In this document: positions 22,807 to 33,989 of the stretch, piece after piece
How the letters are laid out: each line of letters begins with the position of its first letter
Numbering within the stretch: the first letter of the stretch is position 1
Assembly (NCBI GenBank): GCA_963833985.1
Contig: CAWIAD010000002.1
Span: forward strand, 6,496,001 to 6,560,000
Origin: an uncultured Planctomycetaceae bacterium
GTDB lineage: Bacteria > Planctomycetota > Planctomycetia > Isosphaerales > Isosphaeraceae
Direction: 5' to 3'
Length of the DNA stretch: 64,000 nt
The notes under the pieces: model-generated
Database searches by the model: none
What the model was told of the DNA's origin: nothing
Seen by the model: the letters and a program-made list of their open reading frames with translations, nothing else
Translations under genes and position numbers: made by a program

Positions 22807-23445
22807 GTGAACGTGGGATCGCTCGTCTCGACCGTGGGCGGCAAGAACGTACGAAGCCCCGTGGCGCGGCATATCGCGCGTGTCGCGGCACGTCTGTTCG
22901 CGACGCAAGGGTATGATGCCACTTCGGTAAGGGAAATTGTTGAAGGCGCTGGAGTGGCCAAGCCCACGCTCTACTACTACTATCGCAGCAAGGAGGGGCT
23001 GGCCCGCGCGCTGGTGACCCTGCCGCTGGCGGAGCTGGTCGAGGAGCTGCGTCGGATCGTCACGACCGAGGCCGACGCGGTGCGCTGCCTCGAGCAGGTC
23101 ATGGAAGCCCATTTTGCGTTCTGCCGCGAGGATCCGGACCGCTCGCGGTTCGTGTACGCGCTGATCTTCGGCCCGCCGGGATCATCGGCGGCGCACGAGC
23201 TGGAGCCGTGCAAGGAGGACCTCTTTCGCTGGACGGAGGCGGCCGTACGGCGGGTCATCGATGCGGGCGTCGCGCGGCGCGATCGGCTGGAGGCCTGCCT
23301 GACCGTCTGTCGCGGGCTCATCGTCGTCACGACGCTCGACTTTCTGTACGGAGGCAGACCCATTGCGGAAAACCTCGCGCACCTGCTGGTTCGAGACGTG
23401 TTGCAGGGCTTTGGCACAGGTGGACCCAATGACGAGGTGCAATGA
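22807..23445 (+). CDS. TetR/AcrR family regulator
   Basis: AARLFATQGYDATSVREIVEGAGVAKPTLYYYYRSKEGL. Confidence 0.93.
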   Translation: MNVGSLVSTVGGKNVRSPVARHIARVAARLFATQGYDATSVREIVEGAGVAKPTLYYYYRSKEGLARALVTLPLAELVEELRRIVTTEADAVRCLEQVMEAHFAFCREDPDRSRFVYALIFGPPGSSAAHELEPCKEDLFRWTEAAVRRVIDAGVARRDRLEACLTVCRGLIVVTTLDFLYGGRPIAENLAHLLVRDVLQGFGTGGPNDEVQ

Positions 23446-23449
23446 ATCG

Positions 23450-24777
23450 ATGAGACGATACGCCAGCTTCCTCATCGTGGCGGGCCTGGCGTCCGCCACC
23501 GCGGCCCTACCGGGCTGCGCACGGCCGAGGCCCAGCCATCGAGCAAGGCCCCCGCGGCAGCACGCGTGGTGCCGGTCACCGTGGCGGCCCTGGAGCAGCG
23601 CACGGTGGAGCGGACCATCGACGTTGTCGGCAGCCTGCGCGGCTGGGAACAGGTGACCATCGGCGCGAAACGCTCCGGCCGCGTGCGCAAGGTGTTGCAC
23701 GACATGGGCGACCATGTGAAGCCCGGCGAGCCGCTGGTGGAGATGGAATCGGTGGACGCCAAGCTTGCCTACGACCAGGCGCAGTCGAGATACCTGGGCG
23801 AGCTGGTGAAACTGGGCATCACCGAGCAGCAGGCCGACCAGTTCGTCGAGCGTTACGGGATCTCCGAGGAGCTGATCCGGGGCAAGCAGGCTGATGACGC
23901 GATTGACCGCGTTCCCGCCGTGGTGCAGGTCCTTGTCAGCAAGGACAAGGCTCTGCATTACCTGAACCGCCAGCGGGCGCTCTCCAAGAAGGGTGCCAGC
24001 ACCGTTCAGGAGCTGGAGGACTGCGAGAACGAGTACCGCTCGGCGTCGGCCGCGTACGATAATGCCCGGGCGACGGCCCGCAACATCATTGCCAGCGCGG
24101 TGGCCAGCCGCGTGGCCCGCGACCAGGCGAAAGAAACTCTGGCCGACATGGTTGCCCGGGTTCCCTCGCCGCATCGAACGCCGCCGGGCGCCAGCCAGGC
24201 CGATGCGCTGGTCTACGCCATGACCAAACGCTCCGTTTCCGAAGGACAGATGGTACGCGAGGGTGAAGCGCTCTGCGAGCTGATCATCGAGAACCCCCTG
24301 CGTCTCTGGACGAGCATTCCGGAACGCTACGGCGAGGAGGTGCGGCTTGGCCAGCAGGTGCGGATCTCGATCGCGTCGCAGCCGGACCTCGTCTTCGATG
24401 GGAAGATCACGCGCATCAACCCTTCGGTCGATCCCGTGAGCCGGACCTTCCAGGTGGAAAGCCAGGTCCCCAACGACCGGCGGCTGCTCCGCGCGGGTGG
24501 ATTCGCCAAGGCCACGATCGTGATCGACGCGACGTCCCATGCGACCGTCGCCCCGATGGAGTCGATCGTCCGCTTCGCCGGCGTGACCAAGCTGTTCTAC
24601 GTCGAGAGCGGCAAGGCTCACACCGTCGGCGACATCGTCACCGGCGTGGAAGGGCCTGGCTGGGTGGAGGTGAAAAGCAAGAACCTGCCGGCGGCGGCCA
24701 TGGTCGTCATCACCGGCCAGACGCAGCTTGCCGAGGGAACTCCGGTTCTGGTGCGCACGCCGGAGGCCGCCAGGTAG
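23450..24777 (+). CDS. RND efflux periplasmic adaptor (apparent frameshift near 23519)
   Basis: Lipobox LPGC, SGRVRKVLHDMGDHVKPGEPLV, FDGKITRINPSVDPVSRTFQV and GQTQLAEGTPV. Confidence 0.88.
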
Positions 24778-24842
24778 CCTCCGGGAACGCCGCGCGTCAC
24801 TCCACCGGCCGCTGAGCACAGCCCACTCTCACAGGGATTCCC

Positions 24843-27800
24843 ATGACCCTATCCGATCTCTGTATCAACCGGCCCGTCTTCACCTGGGTGCTCGTGGCCA
24901 TTCCCGTCGTCATGGGCCTGGTCTCGTACAACGAGCTGGGGGTGGATCTCTTCCCGGACGTGGATTTCCCGGTGTGCACCGTGACCACCGTGTTGCCGGG
25001 GGCCAGCGTCGAGGAGATGGAGACGACCGTCAGCAAGCCCATCGAGGACATCATCAATACGGTCGCGGGCATCGACGAGCTGCGCTCGATCACGCAGGAA
25101 GGCGTGTCCATCGTCACGGTGCAGTTCTTGCTCTCGAAGAACGGCGACGTCGGCACGCAGGAAGTGCGCGACAAGGTGAATTCCATCCTTTCGGACCTGC
25201 CCGATGGCACGAAGCCGCCGAACGTCGACAAGTTCGACACCGGCTCGATGCCCGTCATGACCATCGCCGTCTCCGGCAGGCGCGACTTCCGGGAAGTCAC
25301 GGAGATCGCACGCAAGCAGATCAAGGAGCGGCTCGAGACCGTGCCGGGCGTAGGCGCGATCAACCTGGTCGGCGGCCGGGTCCGGGCCATGAACGTCGTG
25401 GTTGATACGGACCGTCTGGCCGGCTACAACCTGTCGGTCGAGGACGTGCGGCTCGCTCTGGTGCGGCAGAACCTCGAGGTGCCCGGCGGCCGCGTCGACC
25501 AGGGCTCGCGTGAGCTGGTCCTGCGCACCCTGGGCCGTCTTAGGACCGAGCGCGAGTTCAATAACCTGATCGTTGCCAACCGCAACGGCTATCCCGTTCG
25601 CGTACGCGACATCGGCCATGCCGCCGACTCCAGCGAGGAGCCGCGCACGCTGGCGCGGCTGGACGGCGACGGCGCAGTCAGCCTGGTGGTGCAGAAGCAG
25701 TCGGGCGTGAACACCGTGAAGGTGGTCGACGACGTCAAGAACCGGCTCGAGCAGCTCAGGGCGGCGCTGCCGCCGGACATCGCCACCGAGATCATCCGCG
25801 ATCAGTCGCGGTTCATCAAGAAATCGATCGAGGAGGTGAAGTTTCACCTCCTGCTTGCCGGCGTGCTGGTCTCGGCCACCATCCTGCTGTTCATCAGAGA
25901 CTGGCGCACCACGCTCATCGCCACCATGGCCATCCCCACGTCCATCGTCCCAACCTTCATGTTCATGAAGTACATGGGGTTCACGCTGAACAACATCACC
26001 ATGCTCGGGCTGATCCTGGCCATCGGCATCGTCATCGACGACGCCGTGGTGGTGCATGAGAACATCTTCCGGCACATGGAAGAGGACGGCATGGACGGCA
26101 TGGAAGCCTCACGCAAGGGCACGCGTGAGATCGCCCTGGCGGTGCTGGCCACCAGCCTCTCCCTGATCGTCATCTTCCTGCCGATCGCGTTCATGGGGGG
26201 AATCGTCGGCCGCTTCTTCTCAAGCTTCGGGCTCACCGTCGCCTTCGCCGTGGCGATGAGCCTGTTCGTCTCGTTCACGCTCACGCCCATGCTCTGTAGC
26301 CGGTTCCTCAAGCTCGAGCCGGCCGGGCCGGGCGGGGGCCACGGGCCAAAATCCAAGTCCGGGTTCATCTACCGTTTCATCGACGGCGGCTACGGCTGGC
26401 TCCTCCGGGGCGCCTTGCGATTCAAGTTCGCGGTGGTGCTCTCGACCATCGCGGTGATCGCCAGCACGGTGCCGATCGGCAAGGCCATGGGACTGTCGCT
26501 CATCCCGCGCGACGACCAGAGCGAGTACGAGATCACGATCACCACTCCTGAGGGCTACAGCCTGGAACGGTCCTCCCGGCTCATGAGCGAGCTGGAGGCG
26601 CGGATCTGGAAGCTGAAAGGCACGCAGCATGTCTTCACCACCATCGGCCAGACCGAGGGCGGACGCACGGTCAAGGGCGAAGGAGATGTCACGCGGGCGA
26701 CGATTTACGTGCGGATGACCGAACTGGAGGACCGCAAGTACACACAGTTCGCCGTGCAGCAGCAAGCGCGTGATCTCATGACCGACTATCCCGACCTGCG
26801 GGTGAGCGTCAATGACGTCTCGGCCTTTCAGGGAGGCCGCCGGTCACAGACATTCCAGGTCAATCTGGCCGGACCGGACCTGAACAGGCTCGCTGACTAT
26901 GCCGACCAGTTGACCGCGGAGCTGAAGCGGCAAGGAGGAATCGTTGATCTCGACACGACGCTCTCGCTGCGCAAGCCGGAAGTGCAGGTGCAGGTGGACC
27001 GCGAGGCCGCCAGCGACCTGGGCGTGCCGGTGGGCACCGTGGCCGACACCCTGCGCGTGCTCGTCGGCGGCATGCCCATCTCCAAGTTCCGCGACGGCGA
27101 CCAGCAGTACGACGTCTGGCTCCGCGCCGAGGGGAAAGAGCGCGCCAGCGAGCACGACCTCTACGAGCTCACACTACCGTCGCCGACCGTGGGCCTGGTG
27201 AAGCTGGCCAGCCTGGCACGGCTGGTCGACGAGCGCGGGCCCAGCGAGATCGAGCGTCTGGGCCGCCAGCGCGTGGTGACGGTGCTGGGCAACCCCGAGG
27301 ATATCCCGCTGGGCGACGCGGTCACCCGGGCGGAGAAGGTCCTCAAGGGAATGAACCTGCCGCCCCAGTACAGTTACATCTTCACCGGCCAGGCGAAAAC
27401 GCTGGGCGAGACCGGCTACTACTTCATGATCGCGTTCGCCCTCTCGCTTACCTTTATGTACATGATTCTTGCTGCCCAGTTCGAGAGCTGGATGCAGCCG
27501 ATCGCGATCCTCATGGCCCTGCCTGTCACCATCCCCTTCGGCATGCTCTCGCTGGTGCTCTGGCGGACGCCCATGGACCTGTACGCGATGTTCGGGCTGT
27601 TCATGCTGGTCGGAATCGTCAAGAAGAACGGCATTCTTCAGGTGGACGCCACGAACCAGCTTCGCGCCGGGGAGCGCCGCGCCTCGACGCGATCCTGGAG
27701 GCGAACCACACGCGGCTGCGGCCGATCCTCATGACCACGGTCATGCTGGTGGCGGCCATGGTGCCCATCGCTTTTGGCCAGGGCCCCGGCTCGGGCGCCC

Positions 27801-27994
27801 GCGCCAGCATGGCCAAGGTGATCATAGGTGGCCAGATGCTCTCGCTGGTTCTCGCACTTCTGGTCACGCCCGTGTTCTATGCCTTGCTGGACATGCTGGT
27901 GAACCTGGCCAGGCGGCTGGGCATCAGGTTCAGCGTGCCGGCACGATCGTCCTCTTTACCCCATCCGGCCGCCGAGGCCGGATCGGCCGCGTGA
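24843..27994 (+). CDS. RND efflux permease, AcrB/AcrD/AcrF family (apparent frameshift near 27670)
   Basis: LGVDLFPDVDFP, GIVIDDAVVVHENI and GIVKKNGILQVD. RLRPILMTT lies in the following frame. Confidence 0.92.
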
Positions 27995-28082
27995 CCGGCG
28001 CAGCACGAACGGCGGTCCAGAGTGGCCGCCGCCGGGTCGTGGCTGCAAGAGGTTCCGGGCCAGGCTGGAGCGGGACGGACGG

Positions 28083-28733
28083 TCAGGCCTGCGGAGCACC
28101 CTCGTCGGTGTGCGTCGGCACCACCCAGAGCTTGACCTCGGTCGCGATCTCGAGGGAGAGCTGGATCTTGATGGTGTAAAGTCCCAGGTCCTTGAGAGGG
28201 CCTTCAATGCGGACAGCTTCGTTCTCGATCGGGAAGCCCTCGGAGCGGAGCGCCGCGGCAATCTGGTCGGCGTTCACCGAGCCGTAGAGGTGGCCCTCCT
28301 CGTTGGCGTTGGCCTCGATGGTGAGCGACCGCTGGGCAATCTGGGCGCCCAGGCTTTGCAGGTCGGCCCGGCGCGCCTCTTCCTGCTTCTTGAGCCGCTG
28401 CCTATGCTTCTCGACGATCAGCAGGTTGTGGGGCGTGGCGAAGGTGGCCAGACCCTGGGGAAGCAGGTAGTTGCGGGCGAAACCGGGGCGTACGTTCACC
28501 AGGTCTCCCGCCTGGCCCAGGTGCGGCAGGGCCTGCGTGAGCAGGACGTGGATATGCCCGTTCTTGGCCCGAAGTGGATGGTTCTTGCGCCGCTCCACGC
28601 CGGGTTGCCGCGGCGGACCGGCCGCGACCTGCTTCGATTTGTGCGTCTCGCCCGACTTACCGCCGCTCTTGCCCTTGGAGGAGGATGCCTTGGCGGCTGG
28701 AGAGGCTCCCGGGGCTTTACTGGTCTTGGCCAT
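28083..28733 (-). CDS. rplI: 50S ribosomal protein L9 with N-terminal extension
   Basis: LGQAGDLVNVRPGFARNYLLPQGLA, GHLYGSV and PLKDLGLYTIKI. Confidence 0.95.
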   Translation of the reverse strand: MAKTSKAPGASPAAKASSSKGKSGGKSGETHKSKQVAAGPPRQPGVERRKNHPLRAKNGHIHVLLTQALPHLGQAGDLVNVRPGFARNYLLPQGLATFATPHNLLIVEKHRQRLKKQEEARRADLQSLGAQIAQRSLTIEANANEEGHLYGSVNADQIAAALRSEGFPIENEAVRIEGPLKDLGLYTIKIQLSLEIATEVKLWVVPTHTDEGAPQA

Positions 28734-28928
28734 GTAAAAGGTTCTTTCTCGAACGTGGCGGCCGGCGAGCAAGGGGTCGCGTGAGAGTGCCGGCTTCCAC
28801 AGCGTCTGTCAAAAACAAGGTCTGATTAAAACGGGTTCTCGCCGCCCGGCCAAGGGGAGCTTTTGTGCGCCGGGTTACTGCCGGGCCGGAAGGTCGGGTC
28901 GGGTGGTGTCGGGTCGACTGCTATGCGG

Positions 28929-29492
28929 TCAGAACGGGATGTCCTCCTCGTCGGCCTCCTCGGGCGCCGGGCGGGGACGAGGACCGGGACCGGGACCGGA
29001 GGACGGATAAGCGGAGCGGCCGGCTCCGTTGCTCGGGCCCCGTGAATCCGCCGCGCCGGTCGGTGCCGGAGTGCCGCGGCGTGGGGCCGGTTCCCGCACT
29101 GCGGACGAGGCACCACCCATCTCGTCGTCTGCCGCGGCAGATTCGCCGCCCTCGCCGCGCCGCGAATCGAGAAACTGCACGCGATCGGCCTGGAGCTTGA
29201 TCTTCGAGCGCTTCTCGCCCGTGGTCTTGTCGTCCCAGGTATCCATCTTGAGGTAGCCTTCCACGTGGACGGCACTCCCCTTGCGGAGATACTGGCAGCA
29301 GGTCTCGGCCTGGCGGTCCCAGACGGTGACGTCGATGAACAGCGTCTCCTCGCGGCGCTCCCCGTCGCGGCCGGACCACGAACGGCTGGTCGCCATGCGC
29401 AGCTCGGTCACCGCCGTACCGCCGGAGGTCCTTCGAAGTTCCGGGTCGAATGTCAGACGACCCATCAGAAACACCTTATTCAAGTCGGGCAT
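28929..29492 (-). CDS. ssb: single-stranded DNA-binding protein
   Basis: LNKVFLMGRLTFDPELR, YLRKGSAVHVEG and acidic tail EEDIPF. Confidence 0.97.
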   Translation of the reverse strand: MPDLNKVFLMGRLTFDPELRRTSGGTAVTELRMATSRSWSGRDGERREETLFIDVTVWDRQAETCCQYLRKGSAVHVEGYLKMDTWDDKTTGEKRSKIKLQADRVQFLDSRRGEGGESAAADDEMGGASSAVREPAPRRGTPAPTGAADSRGPSNGAGRSAYPSSGPGPGPRPRPAPEEADEEDIPF

Positions 29493-29681
29493 CGCCTGGT
29501 CCCTCTTTCCACCGCCGCCTGGTCAGGGTCTTGCCGCGTGGCCGTCGCACGGCAAGCCGCTTTGAATCTGCGCCCCGCTTCATAAACTAAACGGTTGTTC
29601 CCTAGCTTGCAAGCGCCGTCTCGGCAGATTTTCGGTGAGCATGTGGGTGGGCTTGGCCCGTTGTGCGACGGCTCCGTTGGA

Positions 29682-30092
29682 TCAGTCGTCGCGCCGCCGA
29701 CGGCGCGGGCGATCGTCCATCTCGTCTTCGCGCGGGGCGTCTTCCGACTCGACGTTGGGCGTGGAGGTCATCGCCTGGTTCACGAGCTGCTCTTCCAGCT
29801 TGGGGTGAACCTTGAGGATCAGCTCGCGGAGGATGAGGTCGCTCAGGTGGCAGTCGGCCACGATATCCTTGAGCTTGGAGCCGTCGGTCTTGAAGTAGGT
29901 GAGCAGGTAGGTGGCCTTCTTGTGGCCGGAGATCGGGTAGGCAAGTCGGCGCTCGTCCCACTGACGGCTGGCCACGATCTCGGAATGATGCTTGGTCAGG
30001 ATGTCGTGCACGTGCTTGACCGTGTCGTCCCAGGCGGCGGCCGCCTTGGTGCTGTCAAGCAGGAACATCCCTTCGTACGTGTGCGCTGGCAA
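29682..30092 (-). CDS. rpsF: 30S ribosomal protein S6
   Basis: YEGMFLLD and WDERRLAYPI. TTG start with a GGAGGA RBS. Confidence 0.93.
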   Translation of the reverse strand: MPAHTYEGMFLLDSTKAAAAWDDTVKHVHDILTKHHSEIVASRQWDERRLAYPISGHKKATYLLTYFKTDGSKLKDIVADCHLSDLILRELILKVHPKLEEQLVNQAMTSTPNVESEDAPREDEMDDRPRRRRRDD

Positions 30093-30156
30093 GTTGGTTG
30101 TCCTCCGTCGGGCTGTTGGATCGGCGGTCACGCCGGGGTAGTGGCTGTTCGGGACA

Positions 30157-30729
30157 TTACTTCGGGTTGCCGGGGCCATTGAAACGGTTCATGGTGGTGT
30201 CGATTCCCTGGATGACCCAGACGGCGACCGCCTGGCTGGCGAGGATCAGGCTGTCATCGATCACGGCACGCTCGGGATTGCGAAAGCGGCTGAGCACGAA
30301 ATCAACGGCGTCGGCTTCACCCTGGTCGCCGATGCCGATCCGCAGCCTGGGAAACTGATCGGTGCCCAGGTGGGCCGCGATGTCGCGGAGGCCTTTCTGG
30401 CCGCCGTCGGACCCGCCGGGACGGATCCGGAGCTTTCCCAGGGGCAGGCTCAGGTCATCGCAGATGACCAGGATCTCGTGAGTCTCCAGCTTGTAGAAGC
30501 GGACCACCTGGCCGACCGAGCGCCCGCTCAGGTTCATGAACGTTTCGGGCTTGAGCAACAGGACGCGGCGGAAGTCGATCTCCGTCTCGGCTAGTTGCCC
30601 CTCGAATTTGCGGCTGAAGCTGGCACCGGGGCCGCCGGCGGCGAGCCGGTCCACCAGCTCGAAGCCGATGTTGTGTCGCGTTCCCTGGTACTTGGTTCCT
30701 GGATTGCCAAGACCGACCACCAGTTTCAA
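30157..30729 (-). CDS. pth: peptidyl-tRNA hydrolase
   Basis: LVVGLGNPG, TRHNIGF, KPETFMNLSG and RLRIGIG. Start uncertain. Confidence 0.96.
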   Translation of the reverse strand: MKLVVGLGNPGTKYQGTRHNIGFELVDRLAAGGPGASFSRKFEGQLAETEIDFRRVLLLKPETFMNLSGRSVGQVVRFYKLETHEILVICDDLSLPLGKLRIRPGGSDGGQKGLRDIAAHLGTDQFPRLRIGIGDQGEADAVDFVLSRFRNPERAVIDDSLILASQAVAVWVIQGIDTTMNRFNGPGNPK

Positions 30730-30840
30730 CGTTGCCAAGGCAGTCGCTTCCGGCTTGAAGAAGACCACGGGCGCGACGGCGGAGAAATGCGTCCCGACCT
30801 CCAGGGCCGGATGCGTTTCCCTCCGAACCGCCCGCGGGGG

Positions 30841-31500
30841 TCAGTCGCCCTTTTCTTTTTCCTTGCGTTCCGGCTTGATGACTTCCGGCTGGGTTGCGGC
30901 CTCTCCCGCGGCCGCCTCGGCGGACGGCTCGGGCGCAGCGCCGCGCTGCACCACGTGGATGAGCAGCAGGTCGTCCTCGGCATCGACCTTCACGCCCGCG
31001 GGCAGCGTCAGATCGCGCACGTAAATTCCCTGGTCGATGTTGAGCTGACTGACGTCCACCTTGAGCGACCCGGGAATTGCCCCGGCCGGGCACTTGATGG
31101 ACAGCGCGTGCACCAGTTGCTCGAGGATGCCCCCTTCGGCCAAACCCGGAGCTAGCCCGCGGATTTCGAGATTGACCTCGGTCTCGATCTCCTCTTCGGC
31201 GCTGACGCGGGCGAAGTCGAGGTGGAGGATCTCCTTGCCCAGGTGGTCCCACTGCACGTCGCGGATGAGCACCGTTTCCACCTTGTCGCCCAGGTCCAGC
31301 TCAGCCAGGTGGCTGGCGGCCTTCATCATGTGCCAGACGTCGTCATGCGAGAGCGTGATCGGCACGACGTCCTGCTTGTGCCCGTAGATTACAGCCGGAA
31401 CACGGCCCTGCTGGCGCAGCCGGCGGGCCACCCGCGTGCCCGTTCCCTTGTTCTTCGCCGGGTCTCGCGGCTGGACCCGGATCTTCAGTGCTTCCGCCAT
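30841..31500 (-). CDS. rplY: 50S ribosomal protein L25 (CTC type)
   Basis: ARRLRQQGRVPAVIYG, ILHLDFARV and EGGILEQ. Confidence 0.95.
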   Translation of the reverse strand: MAEALKIRVQPRDPAKNKGTGTRVARRLRQQGRVPAVIYGHKQDVVPITLSHDDVWHMMKAASHLAELDLGDKVETVLIRDVQWDHLGKEILHLDFARVSAEEEIETEVNLEIRGLAPGLAEGGILEQLVHALSIKCPAGAIPGSLKVDVSQLNIDQGIYVRDLTLPAGVKVDAEDDLLLIHVVQRGAAPEPSAEAAAGEAATQPEVIKPERKEKEKGD

Positions 31501-31730
31501 CGGTCAATGATCCTCGACGGCCCCGCGGAGGCGAGACGCGCTCGAAATTGAAAGCCTGTGCGAGGCCACCTCGGCCTGCACGCACGGCCCGGGAACCGGC
31601 CATTCACCAGAACGTAGCCGGCCCCGCGGCCTTGCAACATCAAAACGACGGCCCCGGAGACCGCGCAAAACGCAATTATGCGAGTTTTCCCACCGCACTT
31701 CAAGACATTGTCTCGCCAGGGGCGGGGCTG

Positions 31731-33470
31731 GGGTGTAAGACGCGGTTCGCGCCGCCCGAGGCCGGTGGTAGCATGTCAAGTCAAGTTTCCCAAATTGTCC
31801 GTCACCGGAAGTCCAAGGAGGGACCTGCTATGCCTTTCCGTAAGTCACCATCGATGGATCGCACCGGGGTCGAGCAGATGGCCAAAGGGTGGGGGAAAAT
31901 TGTGGCGCGACGGGTCCACGAAGAAGTTGGGCCTGACCTGGACCTCGATGCCGACGACATGGAACAAATGGCCATGACCGCGGCCTGTGCCGTGGCCCAG
32001 GGAACCATCGAGGAACTCCTGAAGCAGAAAGCCTCCCTCTTGGGGGCCGAGCAGCCTTGCCCCAACTGCAAGCGGCTCTGTCCGGTGCAACGCAACGATC
32101 GAACCATTGAATTCTGGGGAGGCAAGGTCACCTACGCCGAACCGAAGTGCCACTGCCCGGCATGTCGCCGGGATTTTTTTCCCTCAGCGTCCGGCCTTGC
32201 GCCTCACGCCACATGACTACAGCCCTTCGGTGCTGCGCAAGATCGTCCGTTGCGGTGCCCTGGAGCCCTCCTTCCGGGAGGCGGCCGAGGCGATGGCGGA
32301 ATTGGCCGAGGTGACCATCGGCAGTCGGCAGATCGGCCGCATCGCCCAGGAGGTCGGCCAACAATTGCAGGCCGAGAGAGATCAGCATGTGAGCGAACTT
32401 CAAGCCCATAAGCTCGAGCCGCGAGTCGAGACACGGCCGGCTCTGGCAGTGGTCGAGGTTGACGGCGGCCGGCTGCAGATTCGCGGCCAGGGGGAAGGGC
32501 CCGGTGCCCATGATGCGTCCTGGCGTGAGGACAAGATCGCGATTCTGGCCACCATGGCCAATGTCGTCTCGGAATGCGATCCGGAGCCGGAGTTGCCCGC
32601 CTGCTACCGCGACCGGGGATACGTCGAGAAGCTTGTCGGCGGGATCAGCGGGGCGAGCTCGATGGGCCTACAGGAGGCCCCGGCGGAGAACATCGACGAA
32701 GCATCTCTGCCGTCCCCCGGGGATCGGTCCGAGCCGAGGGAAAGGCCCGAACTGGTGGTGCGGACTTACGTGGCGAGCACCTGCTCCAGCGAGCAATTCG
32801 GGCCGATGGTGGCCGCGGAGGCGTGGCGACGCAATCTCATGAAAGCGGCTCATCGGGCGTTCCTGGGGGACGGCTCGGCCTGGATCTGGAAATTGCAGCA
32901 ACGGCATTTTCCGACCTTTCTGGCCATCGTTGATTTTCTCCACGCCCTGGGTCACCTGTTCGCGGCCGCCAAGGCTGCGGCGGTCGAGACCGAAGGCCGC
33001 TGGGAGTTGTTCCAGGCATGGGCAGAGGCCTGCTGGAAGGGACGCGTGGGCCAGGTGATTGAGGAACTCCGTACCCTGCGAGATGCCCAGGCGTCCTTAT
33101 CCGGAGACGAGCTCGAACGGCTGGCCGACGATGACCCGCGCAAGATCATCGCCCAAGAACTCGGCTACCTGGAGCATAATCGAGAGCGGATGGACTACCC
33201 TGCTTATCGACGCGGGGGATTGCCGTGGACGAGCAGTCACGTGGAGTCGACCGTGAAGATCTTCAACCGGCGGGTCAAGGGGTCGGAGAAATTCTGGAGC
33301 GACGCCGGTGCCGAGACGATGCTTCAGCTTCGAGCGTCGTTCCTCTCGGAGGACGGACGCCTGGATCGGTACCTCAAAGAGAGGCCCAGCAGCCCCTTCC
33401 GCAACTATAAAGCCAGGGAAACTGGGAAAGCGGCGTAGGACCTCAGAAAAACGAACCGTGTCTTACACCC
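31731..33470 (+). mobile_element. complete ISKra4-like insertion sequence (1740 bp)
   Basis: Terminal IRs GGGTGTAAGACGCGGTTCG and GGGTGTAAGACACGGTTCG (18/19 match). 9-bp direct repeat GCGGGGCTG at 31722-31730 and 33471-33479. Confidence 0.92.
31830..33438 (+). CDS. ISKra4-like DDE transposase, two ORFs joined at a T7 run
   Basis: ORF1 has a Zn ribbon (CPNC...CPACRRDFFP). ORF2 has VEVDGG, FLGDGSAWIW, IVDFLHA and SSHVESTVK. AAGGAGG RBS. Confidence 0.88.
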
Positions 33471-33989
33471 GCGGGGCTGCGTGCTGTTCGTCTGTTTCAT
33501 TCTGCCAGCGACGATCTCCACGTGCAGGAGAGCGTCGCGGGAATCAGCGGGTCATCGTGCTCCCATCGCGATTGCCCGCCAGAGTGCTCCGTCCCTGTGC
33601 CGGCACCGGGGCGTTTCCACTCGAAAGCAGCCTCGATTTCTGGCCTATCGAACCAAAGCCAATGGACATTACCCGTTTGTCGCCAACCAGTTGAAGTGCC
33701 ATCTCCGATTCGTTTCACGCGGCGCTTTCCAGCTCGCGCTCAGCGGTGTCAGGTCCATGAACCGGAGGAGTTGAGACAAGGGAGACTTGATGAAAGCAAC
33801 CGACTCCGCAGGAATCGCAGGAGTGGATGGATCCGGTCGCGGGCGGACGAGGGTGGACGCACACCGAGCCGTGCGGGACGATGGCGGTTTCATGACCCAG
33901 CCTCATCCGGCTTGGTCGCCGTCCCTGTCAGTCCATCCGACGAACCCGGCAAGGAGCATCTCCTTCCCGTATCGGAAAGGTCGATCCGC

